Shown piece after piece: positions 58,473-64,000 of a stretch of 64,000 nt of DNA. A program made the position numbers and the translations under genes. The notes under the pieces were generated by a model. It worked only from the letters and a program-made list of their open reading frames with translations, had not been told where the DNA came from and searched no databases. Source of the stretch: a virus (Duplodnaviria; Caudoviricetes); IMG/VR virus record IMGVR_UViG_3300017911_001697, positions 9,918 through 73,917 of that record, one strand, 5' to 3'. Position 1 is the first letter of the stretch; every line of letters starts with the position of its first letter.

Positions 58473-61400
58473 ATGGCAACGGCTATTCAGTTTAGACGCG
58501 GTACGACCGCACAACACGCAAACTTTACAGGGCTAGTTGGTGAGATAACGGTCGACACAGACTTGAATACAGTTCGAGTTCACGACGGGTCTACTGCTGG
58601 CGGTACAAGGATTGCAAAACACAGTGAGGTGGTTGCAGCCGCTTCAGGTGATATCACAAACGTTATTGCAGGTTCAGGTTTAACTGGTGGTGCAGAATCA
58701 GGTAACGCAACACTTTCAATTGACTATGAAAACTTATCAGGTAACTTAATTCCGAGTGCTAACAACGTTTATAGTCTAGGTAGTGCAACTAGTGTTTGGA
58801 AAGACGTATTTGTAGGTCCTGGATCACTTTACGTTAACGGACAACAGGTACTTTCTGATAATTCAGGTACTATTCAAATCAGTGCTGACACAGGACAAAA
58901 TATCAGTATCGTCACAACAGGAGCAGGTAGTGTTGAATTAACTTCAGGCTCAGGCGTGATTGAAATGAAATCTAACGTCCAAATGACAGCAGGCAAAACA
59001 ATCAGTACAGCAGGCGGTGGTGCTACTCAACAGGGTGGTAACATCAACATGAACAACAACAACATCAATAATTTGGATGACCCAGTAGCGGCACAAGATG
59101 CAGCTACAAAGGCATACGTTGATTCACAAGTTGATACAGCAGATAGTTTAAGTGAACTAAGTGGTGACACAGATGATATCACAGAAGGTTCAACTAACTT
59201 GTTCTTCACAGATGCTAGAGCAGATGCTAGAATTGCAGCAGCAGACACAGATAATGTAAGTGAAGGTTCAACTAATTTATACTTTACTAACACTAGAGCA
59301 GATGCTAGAATTACAGCAGCATTAATTGACGAAGATGATATGAATAGCGATAGTGCTACTAGATTACCATCACAGCAATCAGTTAAAGCATACGTTGATT
59401 CACGTGATACAGACAATATTGGTGAAGGTTCAAACTTATATTTCACAAATACAAGAGCAAGACAAGCAATTTCAGTAACTGACGCAGGCGGCGACGGCTC
59501 ATTAAGTTATGACAATTCCACAGGTGTGTTTACATACACTGGTCCAAGTGAAGCAGAAATTGAATCAAGAATTGATGGACACTTGTCAGGTGGTACTGGT
59601 ATTAATGTATCAAGCGGTGAAATCAGTGTTGACAGCACAGTTGTTGCAACATCAGGTGCACAAACAATTGGCGGTAATAAAACATTCAGTAATGATATTA
59701 CAATTTCAGGTAACTTAACAATCAGTGGAACACAGACTATTGTTAATTCATCAGTAACTTCATTAGCAGACAGCGTTATCGAACTTAACAGAGATGCAAG
59801 TGGCACGCCAAGCGAAGATGCTGGTTTGCAAGTGAACAGAGGTTCAAGTGCAGATGTTAGTTTGCTTTGGGACGAATCAGAAGATGCATGGAGATTCACA
59901 AACAATGGTAGTGATTATTTCAACTTAGCAACTGACACAGATGATGTTGCAGAAGGTTCAACCAACCAGTACTATACAAATGCAAGAGCAGATGCAAGAG
60001 TCGATGCAGGATTTAGTTCAAAAGATACAGATGATCTAAGTGAAGGTTCAAGTAACTTATATCACACAACTGCTAGAGCACGTGGTGCTATTAGTGCAGG
60101 CGGCGATTTAAATTATAACAGTTCAACTGGTGTAATAAGTTTCACAGAAAGAACAGACTCAGAAGTACAAGGATTAATTACAGGCGGAACAGGTGTTAGT
60201 GTTTCAAGTGGAGAAGTTAGCATTGGTCAATCAGTTGCAACTTCCGATTCACCAACATTCGTTGCTGTTACAGCAGACTTAACAGGTGATGTAACAGGTA
60301 CAGTAAGTGACATTAGTAATCACGACACAGATGATCTAAGTGAAGGTTCAAGTAACTTATATCACACAACTACTAGAGCTAGAAGTGCTATTAGTGCAGG
60401 TGGTGATTTAAGTTATAACAGTGGCACTGGTGTAATGAGCTTCACAGAAAGAACAGATGCAGAAGTACGTGGCTTACTTAGTGGTGGTACTGGTATTACA
60501 TATAACAGCTCAACAGGTGCTATCAGTTTAACAGACACCGGCTATGTAACAGGTGTTACTGCTGGTACTGGTATTTCCGGAGGTGGAACATCAGGTACAG
60601 TTTCAGTAGCATTTGATGGTAGCGAATTACCAGACATGACAGATGCAGTTGTTGGATCTGAAGACGAAATCATTGTACTGGACAACGGTACATCAAAGAG
60701 AAAACTGTTTAGTGAGATTACACTGAGTGATTTCAACAACGATGCAGGTTTTACTACTAATGTTGGTGACATCACAGCCGTTACAGCAGGTAATGGTTTA
60801 ACAGGTGGCGGATCAAGTGGCGGTGTTACACTTAACATAGGTGGCGGCACAGGAATCAGTGTTGCAGCAGATGCTATCAGTGTTAACATGGGTGCATTTG
60901 ACACTGACGACTTAGGCGAAGGTTCAACCAATCTTTATCACACAACTGCAAGAGCACGTGGTGCAGTATCAGGTGGTACTGGTATTACATATAACAGCTC
61001 AACCGGTGTTATCAGTTTAACAGACACTGGTTATGTAACAGGTGTTACAGCAGGCACAGGTTTAAGTGGTGGTGGTACATCAGGCACAGTTTCGCTTGCA
61101 CTTGATATGAGTGAACTCACAGACATGACAGCAGCAATGACTGGCACTGACGAGTTTATTGTACTTGATGCAGGTGCTGATAGAAGAAAAGCAGCAAATG
61201 AAATTGGATTAAGTATATTCAGTAACGATGCTGGCTTTACTACTAACGTCGGTGACATCACAGGTGTTACAGCAGGTACTAACTTAAACGGCGGCGGCTC
61301 ATCAGGAAGTGTAACAGTTAACTTGGATACTACATTATCAGGTATGACAGCAGCCACATTCAGTGGTACAGTAACAGCAAACTTGTTTAGCGGTACAGCA

Positions 61401-61781
61401 ACAAGTGCACGTTATGCTGACTTGGCAGAGAAATATGCAAGTGATGCAGAAATTGAACCAGGTTCAGTTGTGTGTTTCGGAGGTGACGAAGAAATCACAG
61501 TGTGTGCACATGAAGCAGATCACAGAGTAGCAGGCGTTATCTCAACAGATCCAGCATACATGATGAACAGTGATGCAGAAGGACAGTATGTTGCACTAGC
61601 AGGAAGGGTTCCTTGTAAAGTTACAGGCCCAGTTGCTAAAGGTGACTTAATGGTCAGTTCAAGTGTTGCAGGTCATGCTAAAGCAGATAACAATGCAGGC
61701 CCAGGTAGAATCATTGGTAAAGCAATTGGTTCTTCAGAAGGTGGCGAAGCAGTTATCGAAGTGCTCGTTAACATGATGTAA
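58473..61781 (+). CDS. Tail fibre with Mtd-like N-terminal domain and C-terminal chaperone-like domain (1102 aa)
   Basis: MATAIQFRRGTTAQHANFTG...EITVDTD...HDG resembles the Bordetella phage BPP-1 Mtd N-terminus; RYADLAEKY at the C-terminus. Confidence 0.8.
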   Translation: MATAIQFRRGTTAQHANFTGLVGEITVDTDLNTVRVHDGSTAGGTRIAKHSEVVAAASGDITNVIAGSGLTGGAESGNATLSIDYENLSGNLIPSANNVYSLGSATSVWKDVFVGPGSLYVNGQQVLSDNSGTIQISADTGQNISIVTTGAGSVELTSGSGVIEMKSNVQMTAGKTISTAGGGATQQGGNINMNNNNINNLDDPVAAQDAATKAYVDSQVDTADSLSELSGDTDDITEGSTNLFFTDARADARIAAADTDNVSEGSTNLYFTNTRADARITAALIDEDDMNSDSATRLPSQQSVKAYVDSRDTDNIGEGSNLYFTNTRARQAISVTDAGGDGSLSYDNSTGVFTYTGPSEAEIESRIDGHLSGGTGINVSSGEISVDSTVVATSGAQTIGGNKTFSNDITISGNLTISGTQTIVNSSVTSLADSVIELNRDASGTPSEDAGLQVNRGSSADVSLLWDESEDAWRFTNNGSDYFNLATDTDDVAEGSTNQYYTNARADARVDAGFSSKDTDDLSEGSSNLYHTTARARGAISAGGDLNYNSSTGVISFTERTDSEVQGLITGGTGVSVSSGEVSIGQSVATSDSPTFVAVTADLTGDVTGTVSDISNHDTDDLSEGSSNLYHTTTRARSAISAGGDLSYNSGTGVMSFTERTDAEVRGLLSGGTGITYNSSTGAISLTDTGYVTGVTAGTGISGGGTSGTVSVAFDGSELPDMTDAVVGSEDEIIVLDNGTSKRKLFSEITLSDFNNDAGFTTNVGDITAVTAGNGLTGGGSSGGVTLNIGGGTGISVAADAISVNMGAFDTDDLGEGSTNLYHTTARARGAVSGGTGITYNSSTGVISLTDTGYVTGVTAGTGLSGGGTSGTVSLALDMSELTDMTAAMTGTDEFIVLDAGADRRKAANEIGLSIFSNDAGFTTNVGDITGVTAGTNLNGGGSSGSVTVNLDTTLSGMTAATFSGTVTANLFSGTATSARYADLAEKYASDAEIEPGSVVCFGGDEEITVCAHEADHRVAGVISTDPAYMMNSDAEGQYVALAGRVPCKVTGPVAKGDLMVSSSVAGHAKADNNAGPGRIIGKAIGSSEGGEAVIEVLVNMM
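60027..60371 (+). repeat. Exact 45-nt direct repeat (60027-60071 = 60327-60371) within a longer imperfect duplication
   Basis: ACAGATGATCTAAGTGAAGGTTCAAGTAACTTATATCACACAACT occurs twice, 300 nt apart. Confidence 0.9.
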
Positions 61782-61803
61782 GAATTGTAACAATTCAGTA
61801 TAT

Positions 61804-61831
61804 AAAAAGCACTCTTCGGAGTGCTTTTTTT
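61804..61831 (+). terminator. Intrinsic (possibly bidirectional) terminator
   Basis: AAAAAGCACTC-TTCG-GAGTGCTTTTT. Confidence 0.9.
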
Positions 61832-61849
61832 ATGACCTAATATTATAAT

Positions 61850-61857
61850 GATAAATA
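61850..61857 (+). promoter_or_regulatory. Late promoter GATAAATA
   Basis: After the terminator, upstream of the membrane-protein/csg cluster. Confidence 0.6.
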
Positions 61858-61941
61858 CAAGTAGGTAGGAAAACACACAATAAGTTAAACATTACACATA
61901 CACACGCCTATCGTTTTAACACAAACAGGTGGAGATTCAGT

Positions 61942-62238
61942 ATGACAGAAATATTTTTATTAGTTGCCGAAGTTGGCGCTCCAATTGCAGGCTCCATAGT
62001 CATGGGGTTCTTTATCTTTCTGGTTATCAAACAAATTATGGAAGGCATAGTTGAACAAGTTAAAACTCTGACTATGTTTTGCAAAAGTTTAGAAGCAAGA
62101 GCAAGCACCATGAGCAATGAAATGATGAAAATAGATTTGTTAGTAAGCAGTGCATTAGAATTGAGACCTGATGTTGAGCGTATTGCTCGAGCAGAAAATT
62201 TTGTAGAGGACGGTAAAGTAGATGCAAGGCGAGATTAA
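61942..62238 (+). CDS. Small membrane protein, YvrJ/holin-like
   Basis: EVGAPIAGSIVMGFFIFLVI transmembrane helix then coiled coil; GGAG RBS. Confidence 0.6.
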   Translation: MTEIFLLVAEVGAPIAGSIVMGFFIFLVIKQIMEGIVEQVKTLTMFCKSLEARASTMSNEMMKIDLLVSSALELRPDVERIARAENFVEDGKVDARRD

Positions 62239-62239
62239 G

Positions 62240-62443
62240 ATGAGATTTTTTGATTACTCAGTAACATTAAAAAAGGACGGATCAATAGTATTAGACGAGA
62301 TAGATGCAAACACATTAGGTATTGGACCTGGTGATGGCTTTATGGCTTTTGTAGATCCAGTAACAAGAGAAGTTACATTGCAAAAAATTGATTTAACAAA
62401 GGTGGAGCATGTAACAGCAACACCTGTTTTAGAAAGAGTTTAA
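62240..62443 (+). CDS. Small AbrB/MazE-like swapped-hairpin protein (67 aa from ATG 62240)
   Basis: LGIGPGD.F...VD...EVTLQK pattern. Confidence 0.45.
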   Translation: MRFFDYSVTLKKDGSIVLDEIDANTLGIGPGDGFMAFVDPVTREVTLQKIDLTKVEHVTATPVLERV

Positions 62444-62761
62444 ATGGAAGAGTTAAGTATTGTACAATTAATTAATGACTACGGCTTTCCGATAGTCATG
62501 ATGGTTGGGTTAGGATACTTTATATACTTTATATGGAGTTTTATCAATGAGCACATTGATCCAGCACTAGAAGAAATGCACATGGCATTGATTAGAGTTA
62601 TTGATAAAACCAGAATGCTCGACCAAGACATGATACGTTTACAACAAAAAGTAAATGTAGTGTTAGAGTATAGAGCAAAAGATGAAATTTTACAAGATGC
62701 TAAAGAAAAAGAAGCACTTAGAAAAAGTTTAATGGAAAATAACAATGACACAGAACAATAA
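62444..62761 (+). CDS. Small membrane protein, YvrJ/holin-like, paralogue of 61942
   Basis: DYGFPIVMMVGLGYFIYFIW transmembrane helix then coiled coil. Confidence 0.6.
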   Translation: MEELSIVQLINDYGFPIVMMVGLGYFIYFIWSFINEHIDPALEEMHMALIRVIDKTRMLDQDMIRLQQKVNVVLEYRAKDEILQDAKEKEALRKSLMENNNDTEQ

Positions 62762-62861
62762 TATTGTAGAATTAGCACCGTATTCATTTACTAAGGATTT
62801 TATATTAGTATGTTCAATTGGACTTAATATAGGATTTATTATAGGACTAATTTTACTATAA
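62745..62861 (+). CDS. Small membrane peptide (38 aa), not in the ORF track
   Basis: MTQNNNIVELAPYSFTKDFILVCSIGLNIGFIIGLILL fills the gap before csgF. Confidence 0.45.
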   Translation: MTQNNNIVELAPYSFTKDFILVCSIGLNIGFIIGLILL

Positions 62862-62871
62862 CGGAGATATA

Positions 62872-63414
62872 ATGAGAGAACAAGATTGGAAACTACTTAA
62901 AAAACAAATAGGACCACATATTTGGACCGGCACAGATTTATTTAAAGCATTTGCATTTGGAATGTTTTTGGGATTATTGTTTATGAGTCCATTAGCATTA
63001 GCAGATGAAATGGTATTTAAATTTAAAAATCCAAGTTTTAGTGGTGTGGGCACAGGCGCACATTACTTGACAATCGAAAACCAAGAAAAAAGTCGCAGAG
63101 ACAAAATTAAAGAGGATATTGAGGCAGAACTGTTACGCCAACAGCGTGAAGAAGAAAACTCAACATTAAATAAGTTTTTGAGAAACTTGGAAAGTAGAAT
63201 ATACAGTCAAATATCAAGACAACTAGTTGATCAAATGTTTGGCAACGAAGAAGGTGCTGACTACGGTGTGTTTACCATTGAAGGTAACACAGTGACTTAC
63301 GAAAGACTTGTAGGCGAAGACGGTATAGAAATAATTAGGTTAACTATTGTTGCAGAAGATGGCAGCTCTACACAGATTGATATTCCTGTCGGTGTAGGTA
63401 ATTTAGGAGGATAG
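62872..63414 (+). CDS. csgF: Curli assembly component CsgF-like
   Basis: Signal-like stretch then DEMVFKFKNPSFSG; FLRNLESRIYSQISRQL; immediately precedes csgG. Confidence 0.8.
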   Translation: MREQDWKLLKKQIGPHIWTGTDLFKAFAFGMFLGLLFMSPLALADEMVFKFKNPSFSGVGTGAHYLTIENQEKSRRDKIKEDIEAELLRQQREEENSTLNKFLRNLESRIYSQISRQLVDQMFGNEEGADYGVFTIEGNTVTYERLVGEDGIEIIRLTIVAEDGSSTQIDIPVGVGNLGG

Positions 63415-63463
63415 CGAAGTAAAAGGGACGTAAATCCCACACCATACTTCCGTAAAGCATATT

Positions 63464-64000
63464 ATGACTAGGACAAAAAGGGGCACATTTCTTGCATTAA
63501 TTAGTGTAGTGTTACTAACTACGGGTTGTGCAGGCATGGCAGTGCCAGAAAATCCAGCAACAGGAAACTGGTGTTGGAATAAAGCAATGGAATGCATTGA
63601 AGATCCAAAGCAGGTTGAACTTCCTACTTATAAAAAATTACGAAGTTTACCGCCGGCAGCTACTCAACCAGTTGTTGCAGTGTATAGTTTTGGTGATCTA
63701 ACAGGACAGAGAAAACAAAAAGACAATATTGCACTGTTCAGTACAGCAGTGACACAGGGTGCACAATCTTTATTAATTGATGCACTTAAAGCAGCAGGAG
63801 CAGGAGATACCGGTAATGGTACCTGGTTCCGTGTTGTAGAACGTGGGTTGGGACTAGATCATTTAGTACGAGAAAGACAAATTGTCAGAAGTACCAGAGA
63901 AGATTACGAAAAATCCACGGGCGAAAAAACACAAAGTTTACAACCGATGTTGTTTGCTGGAATTTTATTAGAAGGCGGCATCGTAGGTTATGACAGTAAC
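63464..64000 (+). CDS. csgG: Curli secretion channel CsgG-like lipoprotein (partial; absent from the ORF track)
   Basis: My translation: lipobox TTGC; VAVYSFGDLTGQRK, FSTAVTQG, WFRVVER, ERQIVRSTR, EGGIVGYDSN. Confidence 0.9.
   Translation, partial: MTRTKRGTFLALISVVLLTTGCAGMAVPENPATGNWCWNKAMECIEDPKQVELPTYKKLRSLPPAATQPVVAVYSFGDLTGQRKQKDNIALFSTAVTQGAQSLLIDALKAAGAGDTGNGTWFRVVERGLGLDHLVRERQIVRSTREDYEKSTGEKTQSLQPMLFAGILLEGGIVGYDSN

Noticed and set aside
59990-60480. DGR template/variable repeat pair
   Set aside because: Mismatches between the copies are not confined to adenines, both copies are within one coding frame, and no reverse transcriptase is present.
166-63597. Numerous short antisense or overlapping ORFs in the track (e.g. 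12420..12890, 40372..41196, 41203..41952, 46421..47071, 52715..53317)
   Set aside because: They lie opposite or inside well-supported genes, lack RBS or motifs, and are expected shadows of biased codon usage.
1-64000. Genome-wide TAG reassignment (alternative genetic code)
   Set aside because: Very long ORFs, including 5660 aa, are intact in the standard code; TAG ends gp46, the HD protein, the monooxygenase and csgF at plausible termini, with no convincing coding continuation. Only the spike gene shows an internal TAG.
1-64000. tRNA, rRNA, integrase or transposase genes
   Set aside because: No cloverleaf with T-loop/D-loop consensus or relevant protein motifs seen; intergenic gaps are mostly too short.

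Overview
This is a 64-kb structural-gene segment of a large, AT-rich, T4-like (myovirus-type) dsDNA phage. Periplasmic, lipoprotein and CsgF/CsgG genes point to a Gram-negative, probably aquatic host (inference). The minus strand from 1 to about 30.2 kb is a baseplate/tail operon: tube initiator, LysM/gp53-like protein, hub, gp5-like spike, gp25, gp6-like wedge, a 5660-aa giant wedge protein carrying Hint, YHYH-like and Ig-like modules, then fibre genes. It is interrupted by a small early-promoter island on the plus strand. The plus strand from 30.4 kb carries the late sigma gp55, gp47/gp46, a minimal GIY-YIG nuclease followed by about 570 nt of ornate non-coding sequence, a secreted cytochrome-c/copper-monooxygenase-like protein, a 2OG-Fe(II) oxygenase plus HD-domain pair, tape measure, portal, core, protease, scaffold and major capsid genes, a hendecad-repeat lipoprotein, five fibre/receptor-binding genes, small membrane proteins, csgF and a truncated csgG. 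The strongest leads are: (1) the GIY-YIG gene with its adjacent structured RNA or origin; (2) a well-phased -1 slippery site that would fuse the gp26-like and gp51-like ORFs, as in lambda G/GT; (3) a single in-frame TAG splitting the gp5-like spike gene; (4) the heme/copper oxygenase; (5) the Hint domain inside the giant baseplate protein. All family assignments come from motif recognition by eye; no database search was run.
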